Shown one piece after another: positions 19,322 through 29,772 of a DNA stretch of 64,000 nt. The notes beneath the pieces were generated by a model. That model did not search any database, had not been told where the DNA came from, and worked only from the letters and a program-made list of their open reading frames with translations. Every line of letters starts with the position of its first letter. Position 1 is the first letter of the stretch. The DNA lies in assembly GCA_023248635.1 (NCBI GenBank), contig JAHFED010000002.1, positions 41,723 to 105,722 on the forward strand. Reading direction: 5' to 3'. The translations under genes were made by a program, and so were the position numbers. Source of the DNA: Myxococcales bacterium (GTDB taxonomy: Bacteria > Myxococcota > UBA727 > VGSZ01).

Positions 19322-19457
19322 AGGCTCCCCCCAATGCTGTGGCGCCGGCTTCGGCCTCGCCAGAATAAGGGCGGTGGCCGACGAGGGGCAAAGGTCCAGC
19401 GCTGCCAGCCAAATCAAATCAAGACGCGCCAGCGTCTTGAACGTCCAAACTTCGAAC

Positions 19458-22091
19458 TCAACGACGCGCGGCGCGGGCCACCAGGCGGCCTTCGACGACG
19501 GCAAGGCGGATGCGGGCTCCGTCTTTGACCTCGCCGCGCAAGATGGCTTCGGAGACCGGGGTCTCGACCAAGCGCTGGATGACCTGGCGCAGCGGCCGGG
19601 CCCCGAGGCCCGCGTTGCCGGCGTCGGCGCTGGATTGCTCGACGAGAAAGGCGAGCACGGGCTCGTCGAACTTGAGGCCGATGCTGCGCGTGGTCATCAG
19701 CGCGCGGGCTGATTGCTCCAACTGCAGCGCAGCGATCCGGCACAGCTCCGACGTCGACAACGCCGCAAACACGCACTTGTCCTCGATGCGCCCCCACAGC
19801 TCGGGGATGAAGTGCTTGCGCGCGGCCGCCAACACCAGGTCCTCGAGCCGCTGCAGCTCGCGCTGCTTGGAAAGGGGGCCGCCGCCGTCGTCGACAGCGA
19901 AGCCCACCGGTTTCTTGTTGCTCTGCGCCAGCGCAGCCGAGCCCAGGTTCGAGGTCATGATCACGACGGCGTGTCGAAAGGTGACGGTGCGCCCCTGCGA
20001 ATCGGTGAGGCGGCCTTCGTCGAGCACCTGCAACAACACGGGCAGCACGTCGGCGTGGGCCTTCTCGATTTCGTCGAGCAAGACCACAGCGTGGGGGCGT
20101 CGGCGGATGGCCTCGGTCAGCTGGCCGCCGTCGTCGTGCCCGACGTAGCCCGGGGGGGCGCCGGTCAAGCGAGCCACCGTGTGAGGCTCGCTGTACTCGC
20201 TCATGTCGAGCCGCAAGAGCGCCTTCTCGGTGCCAAAGAGAAAGTCGGCGAGGGCCTTGGCCAGCTCGGTCTTGCCCACACCCGAAGGGCCGAGAAACAA
20301 GAAGCTGCCCATCGGGCGGTGCGTCGAGAAACCCGCGTAGTTGCGCCGAATGGTGTGGGCCACCTTCAGCACCACGTGGTCGTGACCGACGACGCGCTGG
20401 CCGAGGCCCTGCTCCATCTCCATGAAGCGTTGCTGGTCCTTGGCCAGCACCCGATCGAGGGGGACCTTGGCAACGTCGGCGGCGACGCGGGCGACGTCTT
20501 CGCGTCCGATTTCTTTGACACCAGACCGACGACCTCTCGATAAACTGAGATCAAGCAGATCGATGGCCTTCGCCGGCAATTTCTTATCATGAATAAAACG
20601 CGACGAAAGCTGCACAGCCGCCGCAATGGCATCCGACGACGCCGTCACGCCATGGTGCTTCGCGTACAGAGGTGCTGCGCCCTCGAGGATGCGGATGGCT
20701 TCTTCGTCTGATGGTTCTTCGACGAGAATTCGCACGAATCTTCGCTCAAGTGCTGGGTCTTGCTCGATGTATTTCCTGTATTCGTCGATGGTGGTGCTGC
20801 CGATGCAGGGAAAGTCCCCGCGCGCCAGTGCCGCCTTGAGCTCGTTGGCCGCGTCTTGGGGGCCCTCGCCCGAGGCACCAGCACCCATCAGCGTGTGGAT
20901 CTCGTCGATGAAGACAATGACATGCCCCTTGCTGCGCACCACATCGCGCTTGAGTCCCTGCATGCGCTCCGAGAAGGAGCCGCGCAGCGAAGTCCCCGCC
21001 ACGATGCGCCCCATGTCGAGCTCGATGATGACCTTGCCCAGCAGGGGCGCGACATCGACGTCGCCGCGCATGAGCTTCACCGCCAATCCTTCGACGATGG
21101 CGGTTTTTCCGACGCCGGGATCACCGACCAGGCAAGGATTGTTCGCACGACGCTTGCCGAGCACGTCGATGAGCTGCTCGAGCTCGGCCGCGCGACCCAC
21201 CGCTGGATCAAGGCTGCCGTGCACAGCCAGCGAGGTCAGATTGCGCCCCAGCGCCGTGAGCCAGGGGAAACGATCAGGATCGAGATCGAAGGCCGTCGGC
21301 GGCAAGGTGAGGGCGATCGACGGCGGCGGCGGCTCTCGCCTCTTGGGCTTTTGATCTTTCCTTCGATCGTGGTCGGCGCCATCGCGTGCCGCCGGCGGGC
21401 CCAGAGGCTCGGGCATCAGCTGGGGCACGGCGCGCAGGGCTTCGTTGTCGACGACGGACACCTCCGATGGTGCTGCGGCCTGCGCCGCCGTCGGATCGAG
21501 ACCGCCATCGAGCATGGTTTTCTTCGAGACCACCCAATCATCAGAGCGCTTGGGCTCGACGGCACGGGCGCGTGGTCTGGCGCGCGCAGGCGGAGGCTCG
21601 CTCTCGACGTCGGGCTCTCGTGCGTCCTGCAACGACTGCTGCAGCCGGCGCGGGAGCACACCGGTCACATAGGCCATCACGCGGTTTCGCAACGACGCCG
21701 TGCCGCCGAGCGCGCTCTCGAGCAGCTGCCACGCCGCGCCCTCGCGCACCTTGAGCAGGGCCACGAGCAGATGAAGGGTATTGGTGCTGCGGGCATCGCA
21801 GCGCAGGGCCGTCTCTTCAGCGGCGGCGAGCACCGCGAGCAGGGCATCGGGCTCATCCACCAAAGCCGGACCAATGAGCGCCAGCAGCCGATCTTCGTCG
21901 ACGAAGGCCTCGCGCAGCACCAGCTCGGCCGGGTTTGGCACCGTGAAAAGAGCCAGGACGACGTGCGTCGTCGAGAGCACCTGCGACACACCGTCGGCGA
22001 TGGCCCGCGCTTCGTGCAGCGCGCGAACGAGGTCGGCGGCCTGGGGCAATTGTGCAGACCGGGCGGCGGCGGCATCGGCTCGGAACGTCAT
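19458..22091 (-). CDS. ClpA/ClpC-type double-AAA+ ATPase with a long low-complexity linker after the Clp N-domain
   Basis: Start re-picked to ATG 22091 ([10 protein letters not shown]...). Clp_N repeats are present. AAA1 has Walker [11 protein letters not shown]; AAA2 has Walker [13 protein letters not shown] plus [11 protein letters not shown]. There is no long ClpB-type M-domain. A ~140-aa Pro/Arg/Asp-rich insert precedes AAA1. Confidence 0.85.
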   Translation of the reverse strand: MTFRADAAAARSAQLPQAADLVRALHEARAIADGVSQVLSTTHVVLALFTVPNPAELVLREAFVDEDRLLALIGPALVDEPDALLAVLAAAEETALRCDARSTNTLHLLVALLKVREGAAWQLLESALGGTASLRNRVMAYVTGVLPRRLQQSLQDAREPDVESEPPPARARPRARAVEPKRSDDWVVSKKTMLDGGLDPTAAQAAAPSEVSVVDNEALRAVPQLMPEPLGPPAARDGADHDRRKDQKPKRREPPPPSIALTLPPTAFDLDPDRFPWLTALGRNLTSLAVHGSLDPAVGRAAELEQLIDVLGKRRANNPCLVGDPGVGKTAIVEGLAVKLMRGDVDVAPLLGKVIIELDMGRIVAGTSLRGSFSERMQGLKRDVVRSKGHVIVFIDEIHTLMGAGASGEGPQDAANELKAALARGDFPCIGSTTIDEYRKYIEQDPALERRFVRILVEEPSDEEAIRILEGAAPLYAKHHGVTASSDAIAAAVQLSSRFIHDKKLPAKAIDLLDLSLSRGRRSGVKEIGREDVARVAADVAKVPLDRVLAKDQQRFMEMEQGLGQRVVGHDHVVLKVAHTIRRNYAGFSTHRPMGSFLFLGPSGVGKTELAKALADFLFGTEKALLRLDMSEYSEPHTVARLTGAPPGYVGHDDGGQLTEAIRRRPHAVVLLDEIEKAHADVLPVLLQVLDEGRLTDSQGRTVTFRHAVVIMTSNLGSAALAQSNKKPVGFAVDDGGGPLSKQRELQRLEDLVLAAARKHFIPELWGRIEDKCVFAALSTSELCRIAALQLEQSARALMTTRSIGLKFDEPVLAFLVEQSSADAGNAGLGARPLRQVIQRLVETPVSEAILRGEVKDGARIRLAVVEGRLVARAARR

Positions 22092-22265
22092 CTTGGTCGT
22101 CCTCGTCGTCGTCACGACCGGGGTCGCAGTGAGGCGCGTGCGCGGCGCGACATACACCTTTCCTCCCCATCGAGGAACCGCCGCCCGCCTCATCTCCAGC
22201 TGTGCTTTGCGGAGCGACGGACGAGCCGTCCGTGCTATCGCTGGCGCCGACGGAGACGCAGCCCC

Positions 22266-23936
22266 ATGAGCCCGGATTCGATTGGCCGCTTGCCCCGAGG
22301 CGATGGCCCCCCTCCCCCCAGCAGCGAGCTGCAATCCACCGTGGCATCAGCGCGGTGGTTCCACAGCGGCGTCGTCGTCGTCACTGGCCTTGCGTCGACG
22401 CTGCTTGTGCGCAGCGTGGTGCAGGGTCTTGCTCCTGAGGCGCACTACGCCGGCGAGCTTGCGGCCCTCGTCGGCATCGTCGCCTGCGGGGTCGCCGCAG
22501 GGGTGTTGCACAGCCTGCCACCCAACGAGGCGGCGCTGCTGTCGCGCTTCGCCGAGCAGATGCGCAGCGACGAGAGGCTGCGGGCGCCGACGCTGCCGGG
22601 CTTGTACGGGGCCATCGCCCGCCATCTCAACGCCATCGCCGACCGGGCTTCCCGCGCCCAAGCCATCGAGCTGCCGACGCGCGCGAGTCTGCGCCAATCC
22701 GACACGGTGGTGCAGATCCTCGACGACGCCCGCAACCAAGCGCAGATCCAGGGCCAGTCCCTCGACGACACCAGCGCGGCCATGGCCCAGATGGCCGCCA
22801 CCGTGCGCACCATCGCCACCAGCGTCGAGTCGTTGGCGACGTCGGCCGAAGAGTCGGGCAGCTCCATCCTCGAGATGAGCGCCATCAACGACGAAATGGC
22901 GGAGAACATCGGCGAGCTCGCGGCGGCCATCGAAGAGACCGCCGCCAGCATCGAAGAGATGATCTATTCCATCAAAGAGGTGGCCAAGAACATCGAAGAC
23001 TTGGCCCTGGCCGCCGAGCAGACGTCGACGTCGATGAACCAGATGGAAGCCTCCATCAACCACGTCGAAGAAAACGCCACGGCTACGGCTCGCTTGTCCG
23101 AAGACGTGATTCGCGACGCGGCTCGGGGTGCCGATGCTGTCAAACGTACCCTGCTGGGCATCGACGACATTCGGGCTTCGTCGCGCGCCGCCTCCGACGT
23201 CATCCGCGCGCTGGGCGAACGCATCGGCGCCATCGGCAACATCCTCAACGTCATCGACGACGTCGCCGAGCAGACCAACCTGCTCGCCCTCAACGCCGCC
23301 ATCATCGCGGCCCAGGCCGGCGAGCACGGTCGGGGCTTCGCCGTCGTCGCCGACGAAATCAAGGATCTGGCCGAGCGCACCGGGGCCTCCACCAAGGAAA
23401 TCGCCGACCTCATCCGCGCCGTCCAAGAGCAGTCCAAGAACGCCATCACGGCCATCGCGCGCGGCGAGAACTCCGTCGAAGCCGGCGTGATCCTGAGCCA
23501 AGCAGCCGAGGGCGCACTCGGCGAAATCGTCGGCTCCGCGGGCAAGGCCACCGAGATGGTGAAGGCCATCGCCATGGCGACGGTCGAACAGAGCCGGGGC
23601 TCCAAGGTCGTCGCCGACGCCGTCGATCGCATCGCTCGCACGGTGCAGCAAGTCGCCGCAGCCACCGCCGAGCAAGCCCGCGGCTCGGAGCAGATCATGC
23701 GCAGCACCGAGCGCATGAAGACCCTGTCGAGCCATGTCGAGCTCTCGTCCGAAGAGCAAAGCAAGGGCAGCAAGCAGATCGCGGCGGCCATCGAGCACAT
23801 CAACGAGATGGTGCGCCAACTCCACCAGGCCCAGCAGGAGCAGTCACGGGGGAGCGTTCAGCTCCTCGCCGCCGTCGAGCAACTGCGACAGAGCCAGTTC
23901 CGTCAAATCGACGTCCTCGACCGCATGTCGAGGTAG
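22266..23936 (+). CDS. Methyl-accepting chemotaxis protein (no recognisable periplasmic sensor)
   Basis: Highly conserved MCP signalling hairpin [41 protein letters not shown]. Start chosen at ATG 22266. The upstream 500 codons of track ORF 20760..23936 are antisense to the Clp gene. Confidence 0.85.
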   Translation: MSPDSIGRLPRGDGPPPPSSELQSTVASARWFHSGVVVVTGLASTLLVRSVVQGLAPEAHYAGELAALVGIVACGVAAGVLHSLPPNEAALLSRFAEQMRSDERLRAPTLPGLYGAIARHLNAIADRASRAQAIELPTRASLRQSDTVVQILDDARNQAQIQGQSLDDTSAAMAQMAATVRTIATSVESLATSAEESGSSILEMSAINDEMAENIGELAAAIEETAASIEEMIYSIKEVAKNIEDLALAAEQTSTSMNQMEASINHVEENATATARLSEDVIRDAARGADAVKRTLLGIDDIRASSRAASDVIRALGERIGAIGNILNVIDDVAEQTNLLALNAAIIAAQAGEHGRGFAVVADEIKDLAERTGASTKEIADLIRAVQEQSKNAITAIARGENSVEAGVILSQAAEGALGEIVGSAGKATEMVKAIAMATVEQSRGSKVVADAVDRIARTVQQVAAATAEQARGSEQIMRSTERMKTLSSHVELSSEEQSKGSKQIAAAIEHINEMVRQLHQAQQEQSRGSVQLLAAVEQLRQSQFRQIDVLDRMSR

Positions 23937-23940
23937 GACT

Positions 23941-26900
23941 TCAACGACCAAGGTAACGTCGACGGACTGTGGCCAACAGCAGCAGGCAGCCCACGACGGC
24001 CCCATCGGCCGGGCCGAGCGAAACGTCGGAGCAGCTGAACGTCGGCGTGGCGCGGCGCTCGTCGCCGACGTTTGGCTCACCCTCTCCCTCTCCCTCGCCC
24101 TCTCCCTCGCCTTCGCCCTCTGCCGCTACCTCGCCCTCGCCCTCGCCTTCGTCCGCGCTGCGTCGGGGGTCACTGTCGAGCACGTCGAGGATGCCGTCGC
24201 CGTCATCGTCGCCCCTCCCCTCTTCGTTGTCGCCCAAGCCGTCGTCGTCGCTGTCGCGATCGCGCGTGCTGGCTCCCATCAAGAGCTCGGTGGCATCGTC
24301 AAGGCCGTCGTCGTCGGCATCGCGATCGACGTAGTCCGCCAAGCCGTCGCCGTCGAAGTCCCCCGCGCCCTCGTCGGCATCGGGTGATCCGTCACCGTCG
24401 CTGTCGTCGTCGAGGGCGTCGATGCGCGCGTCGCCGTCGTGGTTCGCGGGCGCTGCCGGCTCGCCGACCTCGATGTCATCGCTGAGGCCATCGTCATCGC
24501 TGTCAGCGCCAAAAGGGTCGGTGCCCAGCGCCGTCTCAATTGAGTTTTCGAGGCCGTCGCCGTCGAAGTCGGCCCGTGGCCCGTCGGTGTCGTCGAGGTC
24601 ACGGAAGTCGGGTGTCCCGTCGCCGTCGAGATCGCCGGTGCCGTCGTCGCGGTCGAGCGCGCCGTCGCCGTCGCTGTCGCTGTCGAGGTTGTTGGGTAGA
24701 TCGTCACCGTCGGGATCGGTGGATCCCTCGATGTCGTCCTCAATGGAGTCGTCGTCGCTGTCGAGGTCGAGCCAGTTGCCCGCGCCGTCGAGATCGGGGT
24801 CCTGCGTGCCCTCGCTGAGGGTTGGCAGGCCGTCGCCGTCGTCGTCGTCGTCGAGGGCGTCGGGCACCGCGTCGCCGTCACTGTCGGTGGGGTGCGCGGG
24901 GTCTGCGCCCACCTCGGGACCATCGAGCACACCGTCCTCATCGCTGTCGGGGAGGAGCGGATCGGTGCCGATGCGCGCCTCGTCGACGTCGAGGACGCCA
25001 TCCGCGTCGTCGTCGCCGTCGGTGCAATCCGGCGCGGCATCGCCGTCGGTGTCCTCGAACTCGTCGACCAGAGAGCCGTCGCAATCTGAATCGACGAGGT
25101 CGCAGGCCTCGGGGGCGTTGGGGAAAATCGCCGGCGAGCGCGGCGCGCAGTCGACGACATCGGGGAAGCCATCGCCATCGTCATCGTCGTCGAGGCAATC
25201 CGGTGTGGCGTCGTGATTGTCGTCGTTGAAGTCGTCGACCAACGATCCATCGCAGTCCGAGTCGACGGTGTCGCAACTCTCGGGCGCTCCGTGAAAAACG
25301 GCGGCGTCTGCATCGGCGCAGTCGCTGCGATCGGGGTCGCCGTCGTCGTCGTCGTCGTCGTCGACGCAATCTGGCAGCGCATCACCGTCGAAGTCGGCGA
25401 AGCCATCGCCGAGCGAACCGTTGCAATTCGAGTCGATCGAGTCGCACCGCTCGGGCGCATTCGTGAAGACGGTGTTGTCCTCGTCGTCGCAGTCGCTCGC
25501 ATCCGGATCGGGGTCATTGTCGTCGTTGTCGTCGACGCAGTTGGGCACGCCGTCACCGTCGGTGTCGACGAATTCGTCGCTGCGAGAGCCATCGCAGTCG
25601 GAGTCCACGCCGTCACACAATTCCACAGCCCCGGTGAAGATCAGTGGGTCGCCGTCGTCGCAGTCCGTGACATCCGGGTCGCCGTCGGCGTCGTCATCGC
25701 CATCGATGCAGTCGGGCAGGCCGTCGCCGTCGACATCAGCGAAGCCATCGACCAGCGAGCCGTCGCAATCCGAGTCGATGGCGTCGCAGGCCTCGGGAGC
25801 TCCGGTGAACACGAGGAAGCTCCTGTCGTTGCAATCCGTGGCATCGGGATCTGGGTCGTTGTCGTCGTTGTCGTCGACGCAATCAGGGACGCCGTCACCG
25901 TCGCTGTTCACGAACTCGTCAACGAGGGAGCCGTCGCAGTCCGAATCCACGGCGTCGCAGAGCTCGAAGGCCCCTGTGTAGACCAGCGGGTCGGCGTCGT
26001 CGCAGTCAGTGCCATCGGGGTCGCCGTCGGCGTCGTCGTCGGCCTCAATGCAGTCGGGCAGTCCGTCGCCGTCAGAGTCGGCGAAGCCATCGACCAGCGA
26101 GCCATCGCAGTCGGAGTCGATGGCGTCGCAAGCCTCGGGGGCACCGGTGAACACGATGGCGCTGCGATCGTTGCAATCGGAGGCATCGGCATCGGGGTCG
26201 TTGTCGTCGTTGTCGTCGACGCAATCCGGGAGCCCATCGCCATCGGTGTTCAAGAACTGATCGACGCGGGAGCCATTGCAGTCCGAGTCCACACCGTCAC
26301 ACAGCTCGAGCGCACCGGTGAAGATGAGCGGGTCGCCGTCGTCACAGTCGCTGACATCGGGGTCGCCGTCGGCGTCGTCGTCGGCCTCGATACAGTCGGG
26401 CACATCATCGCCGTCGAAGTCCTCGAACTCATCGGCCAGCGAGGCATTGCAATCGGAGTCGACGGCGTCGCACTTCTCGGGGGCCCCGGCGAACACGGTG
26501 GCGTCCCGGGGGTTGCAGTCCTCACCGTCGGGGTCGCCGTCGCCGTCGTCGTCGACATCGACGCAATCCGGATCGGAGTCGCCGTCGAGGTTCGCGAAGC
26601 CATCGACGCGCTCGCCGTCACAGTTGGAGTCGACGGCGTCGCAAGCTTCGGGAGCACCTGGGTGCACGCTGGCGTCGAAGTCGGCGCAGTCGAAGGGTGG
26701 CTGAAACCCATCACCATCGACGTCGAGGTCGATGCAGTCGGGCAGCAGGTCGCCGTCGAGATTTGCGAAGCCCTCGACGAGGTCGCCGTCGCAATTCTGA
26801 TCGATGTCGTCGCACGCCAGCGGCGCCCCGTGAAAGACGGAGGCATTGGCGTCGTCGCAGTCCGTGAGGTCGGCATCGCCGTCGTTGTCGTCGTCGGCGT

Positions 26901-27966
26901 CGACGCAGTCGGGCTGGCTGTCCTCATCGAAATTGGCGAAGCCGTCGACCAGAGATTGGTTGCAGTTGGCATCGATGAGATCGCACAGCTCAGGCGCACC
27001 TGTGAAGACGGCCGTGTTGTTGTCGTCGCAGTCCGTGACATCGGGATCGGCGTCGTTGTCATCGTTGGCGTCGACGCAATCGGGCTCAGTGTCGCCGTCG
27101 AAATTGGCGAAGCCATCGACAATCGACCCGTCGCAGTTGGAGTCGATGAGATCGCAGCTCTCCGGCGCGCCATGAAAGATCGCCTCGTCGTCGGGGTCGC
27201 AGTCGAAGAAGTCGGCGTCGCCGTCGCTGTCGGCATCTGCCGTGGGCAGTCCGCCAAAGCGGAGGGTGCGATCTTCGAGGTCGAGGGGATCGAGGAAGTC
27301 GAAGAAGTGCTCGTCGGGGTCAAAGCGCTCGTACACCCCATTCGACGTGGAGGGGATGGGCTCGACCAGCGTGCTCAGATCGACGGGGCCTGGGTCGGCG
27401 CCGCCGCAGGAGTAGCCGACGATGACCGGCACGCGGATGTCTGGATGCACGTCGGAAAGCTCGATGACGAAGCCGCCCTCGGGCGTCAGGATGGTGCGGA
27501 AGGTGGAGGCGCTGTTGTCGGGATTTGCATAGGGCACCGCCGTGAAGCGCGCCTCGAAGGTGTTGGTCGATCGGAAGAACTCCACAGCGCCGCCGGGCGG
27601 AAAGGGCTCGACCGCCGTCGGTCCGGGATCGAAGTCCGTCCACATCATCGCGATCTTGGGGAGCGGTGCCGTCGTGAAGAAATCGGCGGCGCTGGCAAAG
27701 TCAAAGGTGGTCGCCGCCGCCGGGGTACCAAAGAGCAGAAGGCCGTTCGCGTGGACCCTCAGCTTGGTGAAGGTCTGGCCACAAAAGGGGAAGGAGAAGC
27801 CGATGTCGATCTCGGTGGAGACCGAGTCGTTCTGCAGCGGCTGGGTCGGAAGGGCTGGCGTCTTCTGCCGCGTCACGGCGGTGGCGTGCACCGGCGACGC
27901 GGCGACGACGACGACGAAGCCGATCCAAGGGACGCGCACGCGGTTCTCCGGGCCGGGGTGAGGCAT
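23941..27966 (-). CDS. Giant surface protein: NIDO-like domain, 13x MopE-type Cys-rich repeats, TSP3-like Asp repeats, (GE)n, and a MYXO-CTERM-like tail
   Basis: Start re-picked to ATG 27966 (MPHPGPENRVRVPWIGFVVVVAASPVHATA). The N-domain carries FSFPFCGQTFTKLRVHANGLLLFG ... IAMMWTDFD. Thirteen copies of ..GAPE.CD..DSDCDGS.VD.F.D.DGD..PDC.D.. follow. DxDxDGxxD repeats are present. The C-terminus is FSCSDVSLGPADGAVVGCLLLLATVRRRYLGR. Confidence 0.85.
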   Translation of the reverse strand: MPHPGPENRVRVPWIGFVVVVAASPVHATAVTRQKTPALPTQPLQNDSVSTEIDIGFSFPFCGQTFTKLRVHANGLLLFGTPAAATTFDFASAADFFTTAPLPKIAMMWTDFDPGPTAVEPFPPGGAVEFFRSTNTFEARFTAVPYANPDNSASTFRTILTPEGGFVIELSDVHPDIRVPVIVGYSCGGADPGPVDLSTLVEPIPSTSNGVYERFDPDEHFFDFLDPLDLEDRTLRFGGLPTADADSDGDADFFDCDPDDEAIFHGAPESCDLIDSNCDGSIVDGFANFDGDTEPDCVDANDDNDADPDVTDCDDNNTAVFTGAPELCDLIDANCNQSLVDGFANFDEDSQPDCVDADDDNDGDADLTDCDDANASVFHGAPLACDDIDQNCDGDLVEGFANLDGDLLPDCIDLDVDGDGFQPPFDCADFDASVHPGAPEACDAVDSNCDGERVDGFANLDGDSDPDCVDVDDDGDGDPDGEDCNPRDATVFAGAPEKCDAVDSDCNASLADEFEDFDGDDVPDCIEADDDADGDPDVSDCDDGDPLIFTGALELCDGVDSDCNGSRVDQFLNTDGDGLPDCVDDNDDNDPDADASDCNDRSAIVFTGAPEACDAIDSDCDGSLVDGFADSDGDGLPDCIEADDDADGDPDGTDCDDADPLVYTGAFELCDAVDSDCDGSLVDEFVNSDGDGVPDCVDDNDDNDPDPDATDCNDRSFLVFTGAPEACDAIDSDCDGSLVDGFADVDGDGLPDCIDGDDDADGDPDVTDCDDGDPLIFTGAVELCDGVDSDCDGSRSDEFVDTDGDGVPNCVDDNDDNDPDPDASDCDDEDNTVFTNAPERCDSIDSNCNGSLGDGFADFDGDALPDCVDDDDDDDGDPDRSDCADADAAVFHGAPESCDTVDSDCDGSLVDDFNDDNHDATPDCLDDDDDGDGFPDVVDCAPRSPAIFPNAPEACDLVDSDCDGSLVDEFEDTDGDAAPDCTDGDDDADGVLDVDEARIGTDPLLPDSDEDGVLDGPEVGADPAHPTDSDGDAVPDALDDDDDGDGLPTLSEGTQDPDLDGAGNWLDLDSDDDSIEDDIEGSTDPDGDDLPNNLDSDSDGDGALDRDDGTGDLDGDGTPDFRDLDDTDGPRADFDGDGLENSIETALGTDPFGADSDDDGLSDDIEVGEPAAPANHDGDARIDALDDDSDGDGSPDADEGAGDFDGDGLADYVDRDADDDGLDDATELLMGASTRDRDSDDDGLGDNEEGRGDDDGDGILDVLDSDPRRSADEGEGEGEVAAEGEGEGEGEGEGEGEPNVGDERRATPTFSCSDVSLGPADGAVVGCLLLLATVRRRYLGR
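24075..24150 (-). repeat. Coding simple-sequence repeat encoding (EG)n
   Basis: ccctctccctctccctcgccctctccctcgccttcgccctc... Confidence 0.85.
25020..27245 (-). repeat. Array of 13 diverged tandem MopE-type (putative metal-binding) Cys-rich repeat units of ~55-60 aa each
   Basis: Recurrent E.CD..D.[DN]C[DN].S.VD.F core, counted 13 times in the translation. Confidence 0.8.
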
Positions 27967-28132
27967 TGAGGCTAGAGGCGCCACGTCTCCAACGCCGGTG
28001 CCGAGGACCCCCAGCCAAAATGGCGCGGCCACCTGTCCGAAGCGCCCCTCGGGCGAGGTGCCGATGCCCCGCACGGGCGTGCCGACGTCGAGCCCCCTTG
28101 TGTGAAGGCGGTGTGTGCGTTCAACCTTGGCC

Positions 28133-28948
28133 ATGGCCGCACTCACCCAACTCGGCTGGTTCCTCCTCAACACCTTGCAGGCGCTCTTTCTCTTTTTCTG
28201 GAGCGTGCTCTGGATGGGGGCAGGTGCCGTCGCCGGTCTCTTGGGCCAACAGGCCTTTGGTCTTCGCCTCGCGCACATCGCCTGGTCACCGGGCGTGTTC
28301 TGGGCCGCCGGCGTGCGCGTCGACGTGCGAGGGCTCGACAAGATCGACTGGAAAAAGCCCCACGTCTTCGTCGTCAACCACCAATCGATGATCGACATCG
28401 CAGCCCTGCAGCGGGGGCTGCCGACGAACTTGCGCTTCATCTCCAAAGCCGAGCTGCTCAACGTGCCCTTCATGGGCGCCTACATGCGCAACGTCGGCAT
28501 GATCGCCATCGATCGCGGCAACTCGGCGGCGTCCATTGCCAAGCTCGAGGCCGCCGCGCGCGAGATCGCCAACGGAACGGCCTCCGTCGTCGCCTTCGCC
28601 GAAGGCACGCGCAGCCGCACCGGCGCCATCCTCCCCTTCAAGAAGGGCGCTTTCATGCTGGCGCTCACGGCCCAGGTCCCCGTCGTCCCCCTCTCCATCG
28701 AGGGCGCGCGCAAGGCGTTGCCGCCGGATGGTTTCAAGGTGCGCCCCGCCGTGATTCACCTCGACATCGGCGACCCCATCTCGACCATCGGCATGACCGC
28801 CGCCGACAGAGACCGACTGATCGAGCAAGCCCACGACGCCGTCGTCGCCATGAATGTCGCCGCCGGTGGCCTCGGCGTCGGATCGGTGACCATCGAGTTC
28901 GGCGGCGCCAAGCGGGGTGCCGTGGTGCCGACGGTCTCGCGTCCTTGA
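28133..28948 (+). CDS. plsC: 1-acyl-sn-glycerol-3-phosphate acyltransferase
   Basis: HX4D motif VVNHQSMIDI, the FAEGTRS motif, and PVVPLSI. The start could be ATG 28133 or GTG 28115. Confidence 0.85.
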   Translation: MAALTQLGWFLLNTLQALFLFFWSVLWMGAGAVAGLLGQQAFGLRLAHIAWSPGVFWAAGVRVDVRGLDKIDWKKPHVFVVNHQSMIDIAALQRGLPTNLRFISKAELLNVPFMGAYMRNVGMIAIDRGNSAASIAKLEAAAREIANGTASVVAFAEGTRSRTGAILPFKKGAFMLALTAQVPVVPLSIEGARKALPPDGFKVRPAVIHLDIGDPISTIGMTAADRDRLIEQAHDAVVAMNVAAGGLGVGSVTIEFGGAKRGAVVPTVSRP

Positions 28949-29772
28949 TCAGCGAAGAAGAACCGTTGCCCGATGCCTTGCGCGCGGACCGGCGGACCTT
29001 CGTCGAAAAGAACATCTACGACGCCGCCGACTGGTACGACGTCGACTACGCCGCCTACCGCGGGGAGTTCACCTTCTATCGCTTGCTGGTGGCCCGCCAC
29101 GCCCGCACCGGCGTCGTCGTCGAGCTGGGGGCTGGCACGGGACGTCTGACCTTGCCCTTGTGTGAAGACGCCAGGCTGCATGCGGTGGAACCGTCGGCCT
29201 CCATGCGCGGGCGACTCCTCGACAAACGCGCCAAAGCCGGCTTCGACGACGCGCGTTTGTGCGTCGAAGACGGCGTCGCTGCCGCTTTCGTCGGCCCTGA
29301 TGCACCCGTCAAGCTCGTGATCTTTGCTTTCAACGGCGTGCTGCACCTGTCGTCGCGCGACGAGCTGCGCCGGAGCTTTGAGCACATCCGTCGAAAGCTC
29401 GACGACGACGGCAGCTTTGCCCTCGATCTCACTCCACCTTATTGGGAGACCATGCTGCGCGGCTCTGTCCCCTGGGGACGCATCGACGAGCGCGTGCATC
29501 CCCAGAGCGGGCGGCGTTTTCTCACCTGCGATCGCTCCAGCTACGAGGCAGCCACGCGCACCACCCGCATCGACATCCGCTACGCCTACGCCGACAACAA
29601 CGACGACGACGGCGTGCAGATCACCCTGCGCCAGCACATGTGGACCACGCCCGAGATCTTGCAGGCCCTGCACGACACCGGCTTCGTCGTCGACTCCTGC
29701 TTCGGCAACGTCGACCTGTCGCCTTTTTCCGAAGGTTCACCGCGGCTCTTGGTCAGCGCGACGAAGCGTTAG
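28945..29772 (+). CDS. Class I SAM-dependent methyltransferase
   Basis: Motif I VVELGAGTGRLTLPL and post-I AVEPS. The only in-frame start near the domain is TTG 28945, which overlaps the plsC TGA (TTGA). The start is uncertain. The upstream part of track ORF 28102.. is an out-of-frame read through plsC. Confidence 0.7.
   Translation: MISEEEPLPDALRADRRTFVEKNIYDAADWYDVDYAAYRGEFTFYRLLVARHARTGVVVELGAGTGRLTLPLCEDARLHAVEPSASMRGRLLDKRAKAGFDDARLCVEDGVAAAFVGPDAPVKLVIFAFNGVLHLSSRDELRRSFEHIRRKLDDDGSFALDLTPPYWETMLRGSVPWGRIDERVHPQSGRRFLTCDRSSYEAATRTTRIDIRYAYADNNDDDGVQITLRQHMWTTPEILQALHDTGFVVDSCFGNVDLSPFSEGSPRLLVSATKR

Noticed and set aside
20760-22265. N-terminal ~500 codons of the 1058-aa track ORF 20760-23936
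   Set aside because: This part is antisense to the ClpA-like gene, whose Walker motifs are clear. The MCP-like sequence begins only after ATG 22266.
25213-27969. 918-aa plus-strand ORF and several 100-445-aa alternative frames (for example 24279-25616 minus, 26250-27341 minus) inside the giant surface-protein gene
   Set aside because: These are repetitive V/A/G or T/S/A-rich translations produced by the Asp/Cys-codon repeats read out of frame. Only the 23941-27966 minus frame gives the regular Cys-spaced repeat, the TSP3 repeats and a signal peptide.
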